A stretch of DNA of 64,000 nucleotides. It comes from Macrostomum lignano. Taxonomy: Eukaryota. Positions 39,682-51,720 of this stretch are shown one piece after another. The DNA lies in the NCBI GenBank assembly GCA_002269645.1, contig NIVC01001629.1, positions 62,001 through 126,000 of the forward strand, given 5' to 3'. Every line of letters starts with the position of its first letter. Within the stretch, counting starts at the first letter, position 1. The notes below the pieces were generated by a model. That model was not told the origin of the DNA, did not search any database, and saw only the letters and a list, made by a program, of their open reading frames with translations. The translations under genes and the position numbers were made by a program.

Positions 39682-40824
39682 AAATGAAACCGGGCTTTAC
39701 AGCCATAAACAAGCAGCGGCTCTCGGTCACTGGAGCGGCTGGCCAGACGGATTTCCATCAAATGTTCACACTGTTTACTGCTTTGCATTTCCTCTTTACA
39801 ATATACTAATTAGTAAACTAATGCTCAATGCTACGAGTTATCGATAAAAGTAAAGTAGTTTGATATTTGACTATAAATTATTTTCCAATATTTCTTATAT
39901 CATACCAGTACGTTGCCCTAGTGTGTCTTGAAAATAATGCGCCTACTTTCTGATGTTTCCATCTTCAAATCCTTTGCACTTATAAAAAGAAATGCATAGC
40001 CTAAAAACTAGGAACTGTTGCATTGCCAAGCAATTAAAATAACTCACTAGCACAAAAATTATATTACGAAATAAATTACTTTGTTTAGCAGCAGGAAAAA
40101 TGGTGGGCATTAGCCATTCAACTCTTTGTTCCTTCTGTCTGTTTGGTTATTTTACCATGAGTCCTGGTATTAATTGTTAGTAGTGAGAGTGCCTGTCGCA
40201 GGACATAGAATAGAAGCTGAAGAACAGAGTGGAAGATCACCGAGTATGAGCCGAATTCAACAAGTCCCGTGTAGGATATGCACCACGAGAGAGCACCACG
40301 AGGGTTGCATAGGTGTTTTTCATGCAGCCCAGGTCACGGCACTACCCCCCCCCCCACTGAAAGCTGTGTTGACAGCATTTTGAGGGAGCCAAGGCATAAA
40401 CTATTTGCATGTACATGTATATATAGAAGAAGCTATAGCGGGCACGGAATTCATTCCCGTTCAAAATCATTCCTGCCCGGCACCGAGTCTGGAATAACCG
40501 AGGCTTTTTTAAACTATATTTTTATAAGCTGCATGAGATTCCTGAAGTAATAAAGAGCTAGAATATGTAGAAATATACATGTAATTAAACAATCATGATC
40601 AATTTGCAATTGCAAAGAATCGTCAACGGTGATAATATTACAATGTAATGCAATGCAATGTATGAATGCAAAGATGTCTGTCGATCAGTGGTCGGGATTG
40701 CCAATCCTGGACCTCAGACGTTGAAACTTTCATGGCGGCCAGCTGCGAAATCTGGAAGATTCTTATCACGAATTATAGATGTAGTACACAAAAAGTAGAG
40801 AAAATAAAACGGCTTGTACAGTCG

Positions 40825-41143
40825 TCAAAAGTCGAAATCCTTAGCAAATACTAAGACTCGCGTTGATCGGGTTCGAGAAATTTCTTCGAAAGAAAAACCT
40901 GTCTTCTGCGTCTTCCTGTTCGGATGGTACGGCTGGAGTCCACTGTCCAGGCGATCTACGCCGCCCATAAAAGACGAATAGTTGGCGATGCAAACCGGCT
41001 TTTGGATCACTTATTCCAACGCCGCCTCGGCGAATTCGAGTAACGTTGACACAGCCCGCCTGGCCCGAAGTGTCAATCACGTAGACAATCTTTGTTCCGC
41101 TCTGCTTTTTGTCAACAAACTTGCACGCAACTTGCAACTGCAT
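40825..41143 (-). pseudogene. piggyBac-type DDE transposase fragment (frameshifted)
   Basis: KFVDKK..VYVIDT, then after a frame change QKPVCIANYSSFMGGVDRLD..YHPNRKTQK, matching the piggyBac 'KP..I..YN..MGGVD..D...Y...RK' motif. No TTAA-flanked termini were found. Confidence 0.72.
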
Positions 41144-42026
41144 TTGTCAATGTACACACCCCATGAATCAGTGTCTCCTTCTTTGGAACACACGAAGGCA
41201 TTAGTCAGAAAGTTTGGATGCAATTAAAAACTCTCTCGATGCTTTGCGTATAAACGAGTAATCGATTGAATCAATTGTACACTTGACACATTTAATTACG
41301 TGCTGCCATGCAACGGAAAGACAGGATAATGGGGTGGGTGGTCACGCAGCCTCATTCTCTTTCCTACTGATTTTTCATTATCTATCAATCTCAGCTCTTT
41401 CCGGGGCAACTCGCGCATGTGTGCATAGTTCCTCATCAGATTTACCACATGTTCATTTACATGTGATGTACATATGCAAGCGGCAGCCGATTTAAACCTG
41501 AGAAATGGTTGAAGCACTTCCCCGACTATGACTAAATGCACGTACGTTCAGTCAAATACAGGAAAATTTGACACCCGTAGTATGAAGATGTAATCTTCAC
41601 GAAAGCTTCACATGTTTATCTTTCTCTGTGGAAATGACGATAGTTTCTCAATAAAAATCTGTCATAGGCCCAATATAGCAGTTTAAATATTTTCACGAAA
41701 ATGTCGCATTCTTCCAAGAACTGATTTTTGCAAACTCTACTGTCAGTAGGAAGATGAGTTTTCATAGAGACATTTTGTAAAACATAGACTAAACTTTCAA
41801 ATCATTCGTTTACACGACCAACTGTCTATATTAATGGTGGGGTTATTATTACTTTACAGAAAAACGCATGTCCTGTGTTACGACACTGCCTAGCAACCGT
41901 ATAATTTTTGCAGGTCAAGGAGCATTAATAAATGAACTATAACACTCCTATTTTACATTTATTGAGAGGCGGCGGCGGCAGTAGAGACAGGGACTGTGCT
42001 GCGCACAGTCCGTCCGTCCAGCGGAG

Positions 42027-42280
42027 AGTTCCGCTGCCCACCGCGGCTCCCCCAACAGTTCCGCTGTCTACCACCTCTCCCCCAACAGTTCCGCTGCCCA
42101 CCGCGGCTCCCCCAACAGTTCTGCTGTCTACCACCTCTCCCCCAACAGTTCCGCTGCCCACCGCGGCTCCCCCAACAGTTCCGCTGTCTACCGCCTCTCC
42201 CCCCCCCAACAGTTCCGCTGTCTACCGCCTCTCCCCCCCCAACAGTTCCGCTGCTTGCCGCCTCTTCCCCAACAGCTCCG
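42027..42280. repeat. 30-bp minisatellite with alternating variants (60-bp dimer), CCAACAGTTCCGCTG core
   Basis: Direct inspection. Confidence 0.9.
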
Positions 42281-43339
42281 CCTCTATCAGGATTTTAAGG
42301 AATTTACCACCTATTCGTCTGATCAGTTGCACGTTGTACACCGACAAAATAATGGTTAAACACAGCGTGCAAGCTTCAAGACAGGGACATGCAGTTATCA
42401 ACAAAGCATTCTCTAGGAAGCTTGATCGGCACAAATAATTGGTACCAGACGTATTGCTTTTGACGATGTAAGAGACTTGCGCAAATTCAATTTGGACGCC
42501 ATATGTTTCTCAAGCAACACCTGTGAAGCGAAGTCACAGGATTTTTATGAGTATTGCAAGACACAGCAGTGGCAGAAAGAAAGATTAAGGTGAAGGTTGT
42601 GAAGTGAGTTGTTTTTTATTCAGGCTAGTATTTTGCGTTGGTTTAGCTTACGCCTGTAGCAGAAAAAGTGGTCAAACTCGGGGAAAGTGGAAGTAAAAAA
42701 ATGACCCCGGTTGGCATTTATTGCATTCCATTATATCAAGAACTTTTATTGAAATGTTAGACCTACATTCCTTGGTTCTAGCTCGTATGAGTGATCCAAG
42801 GTATACATGCTTTCCATATATACCTTGCTTGAGAAGCATATGGATCAGTGAGGAGTCTGGCCAGTCTCGTTTGGATCGTCAAAAGCAATACTACAGCATG
42901 GCATTTCAATGTATTTCAAGAGATTCAAACGGCTATTACGCTAGTAGCATTCAACAGCAGATTGGTTTCGGCGCCACGCAATGTAAAATTATTGGCGCAA
43001 TGTTACGTCAGTACATGCGGAAGTACTATATAGTTGTAATGCAGAACAGCGGACACCCAGTATTTAGCTACTGCCGCGTAATATTTTGCGACAATATTAC
43101 ACGCAATAAATAGCTTTGACACCAAACGGTAAAAATTAAAACACAAGAAAAGTACACGGAATTAAAAGTAAATAGTTGGCTTGGTAGGTTCGGAATTAAA
43201 TCAGTGAAACAGTAAGAAGCATAAACTTTTGAATCGTGAGTACGCGATATGCACCATCAACAACAACAACAAGGCAAACCGCCGGGGACTCAACAGAGTA
43301 CAGTTCACAATGGAGGCGGTGTCAGATCAGTTTTCTCGG

Positions 43340-44140
43340 TGCGAGCTCTCTGAAGGCGGCAACAGCATTCCTGGCCGATCACCCCAGCGCCATCCAGCAG
43401 GCAATCCGCGTAGCGGCTCGCCCGGCCGTAGCCTCGCGGCCAGGGGCCCTGCATCGTGAGTAGCAGGACGTCCTGCACTGGTTGAGAACAGTAAGCCTCC
43501 GCCGAATGGTGTGGCCCGCCAGTTGAAGTCTTTGCCTGCGGAGGTTCTCGCTAGGTGATCGCAACAGTCTGGCAGCGCGGCGTTCTACAGGACAACTCGG
43601 ATGGAGCGGAAGGCAACCCAGGCCAGGCCCCTGCGTCGCGCCAAGTCCTCCTGGACACTGGGCACAAGACTGTCTAGGTACGTGAAGCGCGTGCAGCGAG
43701 GTAGAGCCGCTGCACGATCGTCGGGCGTCCCAGCAGGTGATTTTGATCCTGGCAGCTCCGCAGGTACACACATCACCTGCGTCTTCTCGATGTTCACCGC
43801 TAGCCCGACCGATGCCGCAGCTGCCACAAGGCTGTCTAGCATGCGCTGGGCTCCCTCAGCCGAAGAGGCAAGCAGCGCCAGGCCGTCGGCGTAACCCAGG
43901 AGCGACAGCGGAAGCTGTCCTCATCTGTTGGCAGGGCCCTCCGTAGCACCCCATCGAGCACCAACACGAAAAGGTAGGCCGCAAGCGTGTCGCCTTGCAG
44001 CATCCCGAGGTCGTGTTGAACAGGTCGGACAGTACGTCAGGTGCCACTACGGCGGCAAGGGTCTCCTGGTAGAGAGCTATGGTTGCTGCGACCAGTCGCT
44101 ACGGCACGTAGAATGACCACAAGACCGGTGCGAGGACATT
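43340..44140 (-). mobile_element. Degenerate RTE-clade non-LTR retrotransposon RT fragment
   Basis: Across frameshifts: ILRA.., SDLFNTTSG-MLQGDTLAAYLFVLVLD, LLGYADGLALLA (YADD changed to YADG), VGLAVNIEKTQVM, FTYLDS, RLQLAGHTIR. The 5' side is lost next to the 44.2-46.9 kb satellite. Confidence 0.85.
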
Positions 44141-44247
44141 CTGAAGAGAAAAAGGAGAGAAATTCTTCATCACTTCTTCTGAAAAGTACGAGTATAGTTA
44201 AAGTTGAATTAGCAGGGCTACAAGGTGAGACTGGAAAGGAGAAAAGG

Positions 44248-46870
44248 GTAGGGTCTGAAGGGGAGAAGAGGCTGGGGTCTGAAGGGGAGAAGAGGGTGGG
44301 GTCTGAAGGGGAGGAGAAGGTTTGAAGGGGAGGAGAGGGTGGGGTCTGAAGGGGAGGAGAAGGTTTGAAGGGGAGGAGAGGGTGGGGTCTGAAGGGGAGG
44401 AGAGGCTGGGGTCTGAAGGGGAAGAGAGAGTGGGATCTGAAGGGGGGGGAGAGGGTTTGAAGGGGAGGAGAGGGTGGGGTCTGAAGGGGAGGAGAGGGTG
44501 GGGTCTGAAGGGAAGGAGAGGGTTTGAAGGAGAAGAGGGTAGGGTCTGAAGGGGAAGAGAGGGTGGGGTCTGAAGGGGAGGAGAGGATTTGAAGGGGAGG
44601 AGAAGTTGGGGTCTGAAGGGAAGACGAGGGTGGGGCCTGAAGAGGAAGAGGCTGGGGTCTGAAAGGGGAGGATAGGGCGGGGTCTGAAGGGGAGGAGAGG
44701 GTGGGGTCTGAAGGGAAGAAGAGGGTGGGATCTGAAGGGGAGGAGAAGGTTTGAAGGGGAGGAGAGGCTGGGGTCTGAAGGGGAGGAGAGGGTGGGGTCT
44801 GAAGGGGAGGAGAGGGTTTGAAGGGGAGGAGAAGTTGGGGTCTGAAGGGAAGACGAGGGTGGGGCCTGAAGAGGAAGAGGCTGGGGTCTGAAAGGGGAGG
44901 ATAGGGCGTGGTCTGAAGGGGAGGAGAGGGTGGGGTCTGAAGGGAAGAAGAGGGTGGGATCTGAAGGGGAGGAGAGGCTGGGGTCTGAAGGGGAGAAGAG
45001 GGTGGGGTCTGAAGGGGAGGAGAAGGTTTGAAGGGGAGGAGAAGGTTTGAAGGGGAGGAGAGGGTGGGGTCTGAAGGGGAGGAGAGGCTGGGGTCTGAAG
45101 GGGAAGAGAGAGTGGGATCTGAAGAGGGGAGAGGGTTTGAAGGGGAGGAGAGGGTGGGGTCTGAAGGGGAGGAGAGGGTGGGGTCTGAAGGGAAGGAGAG
45201 GGTGGGGTCTGAAGGGGAGGAGAGGGTGGGGTCTGAAGGGGAGGAGAGGGTTTGAAGGAGAAGAGGGTAGGGTCTGAAGGGGAAGAGAGGGTGGGGTCTG
45301 AAGGGAGGAGAGGGTTTGAAGGAGAAGAGAGGGTGGGGTCTGAAGGGAAGAAGAGGGTGGGATCTGAAGGGGAGGAGAAGGTTTGAAGGGGAGGAGAGGG
45401 TGGGGTCTGAAGGGGAGGAGAGGCTTGGGTCTGAAGGGGAAGAGAGAGTGGGATCTGAAGGGGGAGAGGGTTTGAAGGGGAGGAGAGGGTTTGAAGGGGA
45501 GGAGAGGCTGGGGTCTGAAGGGGAGGAGAGGGTGGGGTCTGAAGGGGAGGAGAGGGTTTGAAGGGGAGGAGAAGTTGGGGTCTGAAGGGAAGACGAGGGT
45601 GGGGCCTGAAGAGGAAGAGGCTGGGGTCTGAAAGGGGAGGATAGGGCGGGGTCTGAAGGGAGGAGAGGGTGGGGTCTGAAGGGAAGAAGAGGGTGGGATC
45701 TGAAGGGGAGGAGAGGCTGGGGTCTGAAGGGGAGAAGAGGGTGGGGTCTGAAGGGAGGAGAAGGTTTGAAGGGAGGAGAAGGTTTGAAGGGGAGGAGAGG
45801 GTGGGGTCTGAAGGGGAGGAGAGGCTGGGGTCTGAAGGGGAAGAGAGAGTGGGATCTGAAGAGGGGGAGAGGGTTTGAAGGGGAGGAGAGGGTGGGGTCT
45901 GAAGGGGAGGAGAGGGTGGGGTCTGAAGGGAAGGAGAGGGTGGGGTCTGAAGGGGAGGAGAGGGTGGGGTCTGAAGGGGAGGAGAGGGTTTGAAGGAGAA
46001 GAGGGTAGGGTCTGAAGGGGAGGAGAGGGTGGGGTCTGAAGGGGAGGAGAGGGTTTGAAGGAGAAGAGAGGGTGGGGTCTGAAGGGAAGAAGATGGTGGG
46101 ATCTGAAGGGGAGGAGAAGGTTTGAAGGGGAGGAGAGGGTGGGGTCTGAAGGGGAGGAGAGGCTTGGGTCTGAAGGGGAAGAGAGAGTGGGATCTGAAGG
46201 GGGAGAGGGTTTGAAGGGGAGGAGAGGGTGGGGTCTGAAGGGAAGGAGAGGGTGGGGTCTGAAGGGGAGGAGAGGGTGGGGTCTGAAGGGGAGGAGAGGG
46301 TTTGAAGGAGAAGAGGGTAGGGTCTGAAGGGGAAGAGAGGGTGGGGTCTGAAGGGGAGGAGAGGGTTTGAAGGAGAAGAGAGGGTGGGGTCTGAAGGGAA
46401 GAAGAGGGTGGGATCTGAAGGGGAGGAGAAGGTTTGAAGGGGAGGAGAGGGTGGGGTCTGAAGGGGAGGAGAGGCTGGGGTCTGAAGGGGAAGAGAGAGT
46501 GGGATCTGAAGGGGGGAGAGGGTTTGAAGGGGAGGAGAGGGTGGGGTCTGAAGGGGAGGAGAGGCTGGGGTCTGAAGGGGAGAAGAGGGTAGGGTCTGAA
46601 GGGGAGGAGAGGGTGGGGTCTGAAGGGGAGAAGAGGGTAGGGTCTGAAGGGGAGGAGAGGCTGGGGTCTGAAGGGGAGAAGAGGGTAGGGTCTGAAGGGG
46701 AGGAGAGGGTGGGGTCTGAAGGGGAGAAGAGGGTAGGGTCTGAAAGGGAGGAGAGGGTGGGGTCTGAAGGGGAGAAGAGGGTAGGGTCTGAAAGGGAGGA
46801 GAGGGTGGGGTCTGAAGGGAGAAGAGGGTAGGGTCTGATCTGAAGGGGAGGAGAGGGTGGGGTCTGAAGG
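44248..46870. repeat. Purine-rich minisatellite, about 24-bp unit (TCTGAAGGGGAGGAGAGGGTGGGG), with higher-order blocks
   Basis: Direct inspection; a distinctive variant block (AGACGAGGGTGGGGCCTGAAGAGGAAG) recurs at about 44622, 44851 and 45591. Confidence 0.96.
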
Positions 46871-49463
46871 GGAAAAGAGGGTGGAGTTTGAAGGAAAAGA
46901 GAGGGTGGGGTCTAAATAGGAGGAGAGGGTTAGGGTCTGAAAGGGAAGAGGGTAGGGTGAAAGAGGAGAAAAAGAGCAAAGCAAAGAGGAATGGCAAGGA
47001 GGATGGGGGAGGAGGGGAATAGCAGCAAGGAGGATGGGGAAGGAGGGGAATAGCAGCAAGGACAAAGGAGGAAAGGAATGGCAAGGAAGATAGGAATGGC
47101 AAGGATAAGGAAGGAGGGGAAATTTAGCAGGGAATAAAGAAGAAAAAAATGAAAAGAAAGTAAGAGAATAACAAACATAGGCAAGGAAAAAAATGTCAAG
47201 CGTAGGGGGATAAGCAAAAAGAATGGGAGAATGGAATGGCAAGGTCCAGGGGTAGGTAAAAATGTTAAGGAGGTAAGAAAGAAAAATGATAATAAAAATA
47301 GGCAATATGGCAAAGAAAAAGAATAAAAAGGAATGGCATAGATCATAAAAAAGTAATTACAAGTAATAGTTAGCTGTTAGGTAGAATAGGAAAAAAGGGG
47401 ATGATATAAAAGATAAAGGGAAGCATGGCAAAAGGGATAGAAAAAGGATTCATAGGCCTATGACAAATAAGGTGGGGAAAGGGATAATAAAAAGGGAAAT
47501 AAAGGAAAAGAATATTATTAGAATAGGTAATAATTGTTTATTTATAAAAATAATTAATAATAGAAAGCATTACAATTAGGCCTAAATATTGATATAGCAA
47601 AACTATTTTTTCTAAATTAATTGCTATGCCTACTAGTGTTACTATATTCATTATGATGACAATATAGAATAGCAATAGCCTAGGTGCTAGGCCTATGTTA
47701 GGTCTATATGCAATTATGACATTGTCCATATCTAATTCATTAATAAATTATATCTTAAATAGAACCACATATTATCCCTCCTTAGTCCTTCATAGAAATA
47801 AAGGTTTCTCTTCTATTAAGCAAATCGACTGCAAAAGATTAACTAGGTGTCTAGGCCTATATAATGCTCAACAATCCAAAGGCAAAATCTTCTTGAATCC
47901 TTAGTCAGCCAGCCAATTAATTGTCCTAGAAAGTAGCTGTAGTAGATTCACATTTTATTGAGCAATGCTATAACTATAACCAATGCTTGTTAAATCAATT
48001 AATATTCAACAATCTAAAAAGGACGATCAATACTACAACATTACCTATGAAGGTCAGATGAAAAGGCTTTGTTTCTACTATAACTCTAAGGCAACAATTG
48101 CTGGCCTAGTATATCAGATGATTGCACCCAGAGCGCAGCTCCGCTGCTGACTGGTCCTGGGTCATCATGCACATTTAAATTAGCGCTTATTCCCCGTCCT
48201 ATGTAAAAGTATATATGTTCCGCATTGAAAGCAGCAAACTACCCGTAAAGCTACGACTATACGCGTAGGCTGTAGCTTTGTAAGCCACGATGCGCACGTA
48301 GTTTACCGCTTTATCGTTGTGACACGGGTGCTGCTGTTACTACTTATTACTACTGACTATTATGCACTATTAGTATCATACTGGTTCAATCTATCTAATA
48401 AAAATTAGTCGGTGCTATATAATGCTATAGTCGATATAGCTATTGCGCATTAGAGTTGGTTTCCTAGAAAACGGAAATCCACCGTATTTTGTAACACGGT
48501 AACATGTTACGGCTCGATAAGCATCGGGAGTTTTTCATGTTATATTCCCGATGTTTTTGGAAAACAGGCCTGATGCGGCAGAGGCAAATTTGTAGCGGTA
48601 GCACTTGGCAGTAATATCAGTTAAAGTTAAAGTTAATGCAATCAATGGCTGCAGACTTGGTTTATTGTCAACAGAAATGCAAGTTGGATTCGTAACAATG
48701 CACTGGCGGCTACACAACAACGAGTTTGATAGATAGGTAGTGGAAGTGGCGTGGCTGAGAGTGGCAGAGGCGTGGCCTAAGGCCGTGGCGAAGCGAGGCG
48801 GAGAGAGAGAAGGCAAGTAAACAAGTAAAGGCGGCAAGAGTCTACAAGCCTACACGGGCTCGCAAGGGTGGCGGCGGAGCAAAGGAGTCAACACAGGGTG
48901 CCAGATTGCAAAGGCTCTAAACAGGGGTCTAAGCCCGAGCGCACGGCCAGACCAGCTCGCAGCCACGGCTAGCCGTGAAATCCACTAGTCAAAAATTCTC
49001 GGCTTAGCCGGTGGATCCACCGTGGACCCACGTCCGGCTAGCCGTAGTGGCCGTGGACTTGCGATTTTTTATTGCCCCGTGCGCTACTCCGTACTAGGTA
49101 GAGTAGAGCATAATTATGAATATGGCAAATTCAGTGTACTGTGTACAAAAATACCGATTGCTGAGGAAGGACTAAAGGCATGAGCAAAAAATGGTGAATA
49201 ATTGTATTCCGCTTGGCTAATTATGAAATAAAGCATAAACCGTAATAAAAAGTACTTTGTATTTCTAATACAATACAATACATTAAATAAAATTTATATT
49301 GTTATTGATTATTGTATTGTAATAAATAATTAATAACAATGTTGATCATTGGTCGATACAAGACTTTGGAAAGTATAAAAATGGGACTGCACTTTTTAGA
49401 CACACTAGCAAATTTTAAATATAAAATGTCGAGAAAATTTTCAAGAAAAAATTATTCCTTAAA

Positions 49464-49526
49464 ATGGACTCGAACCAGAGACCTACCAAAAGCAAAGTAG
49501 GCGCCCTAACCACTAGGCCAAGAGAT
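49464..49526 (-). pseudogene. Degenerate tRNA-like sequence or SINE head
   Basis: Minus strand TGGCCTAGTGGTTAGG (A box) and GGTTCGAGTCC (B box) at tRNA spacing, with a CCTAC/GTAGG stem. The loop is 10 nt and the acceptor stem does not pair, so this is not a functional tRNA. Confidence 0.5.
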
Positions 49527-50029
49527 ATAACCACTAGGCCAAGAGTAACCATACGTCAAATGCGCTATTATAAACCTATGAGAAACCTAATAGTAAGGCG
49601 TAAGCAGGCTAAAATTGGGATTGGGACGTATTATTGGGATTGCCAGAGCACAAAAAAGCGCAAAGTACAATAATATAATTTCTTTCTAGACCTAAATAGG
49701 GAATCTTGTTCTCTAATTATTTCTAATTAAGTTATTCTTTGCTCCACCAAATGATGCTACATTTACGCATTTAATAATGCAATAGAATATGACATAAGCA
49801 TACATAAGCATAACCTCTATAAAATTATTTTCCGATTTGAAGTCTGGTTACGCAATCCAGTTACAACAAAGCAAAATGTAATTTTTAGACTTCAAATTTC
49901 AGAAGTCTGTAAAAGTAGCTCAAGACAAAATTTAAGCTTTTAGTAATAAAAAATGTCCTCATTTTCTGGTTAGGGTAAAAAGTTTGAATAGAAAACTCAC
50001 AATGTGCTGAGATATCCACGCTGGATATT

Positions 50030-50878
50030 ATACTTATCAGTAGACTATTTAATTCTTTGGTCACACCAGTTATAACGTATGGTTGTGAAATCTGGGGACC
50101 TCTAGCAACCTGTACTGAACTCAAGAACATCGACAAAATCCAAACAAATTTCTACAAATACCTCCTTAACTTACCTAAAAGTACCTGCAACTCTGTTTTA
50201 TACGCAGAACTTAATTTAACACCTATCTCTCTTACCATCTCGAACTTTTTTCTTACATACTGGCTCAAAATCAAACATAAAAAACTGAATAGTACCACTA
50301 TAGGCATCTTCGAATCAAACAACTGCCCAAACAACCCATGGAAAACCAACATCACTAAAAAACTACAAAACCTTGGTTTATCTCACCTGCTTAATTTACA
50401 AACATCGGACCCTGGTGACAGCTACAACAAAGATAAAACAACAATGACCACACAACTACTCATCTCCTGGAAGCGTGAACTCTTCAAAAAAATAGAAAAC
50501 CACACGAAAGTCATGCATTACAAAAATTGCTTCATCTATAAGAATATTTTCAAGCCTAACTTAAAAAACTACTTTCCCAGTATTTTTAGAAATAAAAAAT
50601 TCCTAGAAATTCTGCTTAAGCTTAAAACTGAGTTCTTACCAAGCAAATACATCCAAGAAAAATGCAAACTTTGTGGCAGAGATTCAGGCAATAATATCTT
50701 ACACTATACAACTGAATGTGTCGGTATACTAGATGTCAGGAAAAAATACTTTAACCAAAGCCACCTGAGCACAAGACACTTTTACAGTTTAGGCTATGCT
50801 ACAAACGAAAACAAAAATAAAAAAGATTTGCTAGCTATTGAGAAGATCTATAAACTCATAGCAAATCTCCCTCCTTAA
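50030..50878 (+). mobile_element. 5'-truncated LINE: ORF2 C-terminal region (post-RT), CR1/L2-like
   Basis: Open 273+ codon frame LFNSLVTPVITYGCEIWG..IDKIQTNFYKYLLNLPKSTCN..LYAEL with a terminal C-X2-C..H..C knuckle (CKLCG..ILHYTTEC); no RT core upstream. Confidence 0.8.
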
Positions 50879-51720
50879 CCGACATGAAAATTATAGAGAA
50901 CACCATGTGTACCACGCTGTTGCTGACCGTCTTACACCAATTGAATCCCTGGTTACATTGATACTCTACTTGCTATTCCCTCTTACTACTATGCATCTCT
51001 TGCTATTAAGTCCCTACCCCGAGTAAAATCGAGTAAACAATACCGGTGCAATCCATCCCGTATTACGCGTTTATTTATGTAAAAATTTTCTTTTTCTAAT
51101 CGCGCCTTATTTTTATTTAAGCACTCTATTTTTGGTTATTTCTTTCTTACATATTTGCTTCAAAAATACCCTTCATATTTACTCCGCGGTCCCCAGCAAT
51201 AGCTCCAGCAATAGAAAAAAACAAAGCAACTGTGCCACTCGAGAAATAATATACACTTTACAGATGTTGCTATTGGGAGTTTGTGCCACGCAGTTTCAGT
51301 TTTGTGCCGGTTCGTTTTTTGTGGATAAAATCGATTAAAAGTACAAAAACACTGGAAACCTATTGCTGAAGTTATTGCTGAGTTCTAGTGACATGGAACA
51401 ATGTCAGAAAGTTGTGCCATTTTGAAAAGAAAATTATTTGGCACATTACACGGTTGTGCCACAAACATTTAACGATGTGCCATACTCATGGAAGCCACGC
51501 CACAGATTATAAAATTGGAGTAAATTACTATACGCCCTCGTTAGTGAGAATGCGAAAAAACAAATTTTGAATAATATATCCACGGACTACAAAGATTGAA
51601 TGTTCAAAGAGATTTACAGCCTACTTAAAATGTAATGCATAAGTTATCGCCTAAGTACTTGTACAATAAATATTTTACAGGAAAAAATTAAGCAGCTACG
51701 GCACGTGCAAGTTTAAGCTC

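Noticed and set aside
42400-43115. 130-aa ORF 42721-43113 and neighbouring frames as a transposase or RT remnant
   Set aside because: No motif I can identify in any frame.
44037-47305. 1021-aa and 1035-aa Pro/Ser/Leu-rich ORFs
   Set aside because: They are the pyrimidine strand of a satellite that lacks stop codons; several frames are open and no domain is present.
49464-49526. Functional tRNA gene
   Set aside because: Acceptor stem does not pair and the anticodon loop is oversized; kept only as a tRNA-derived remnant.
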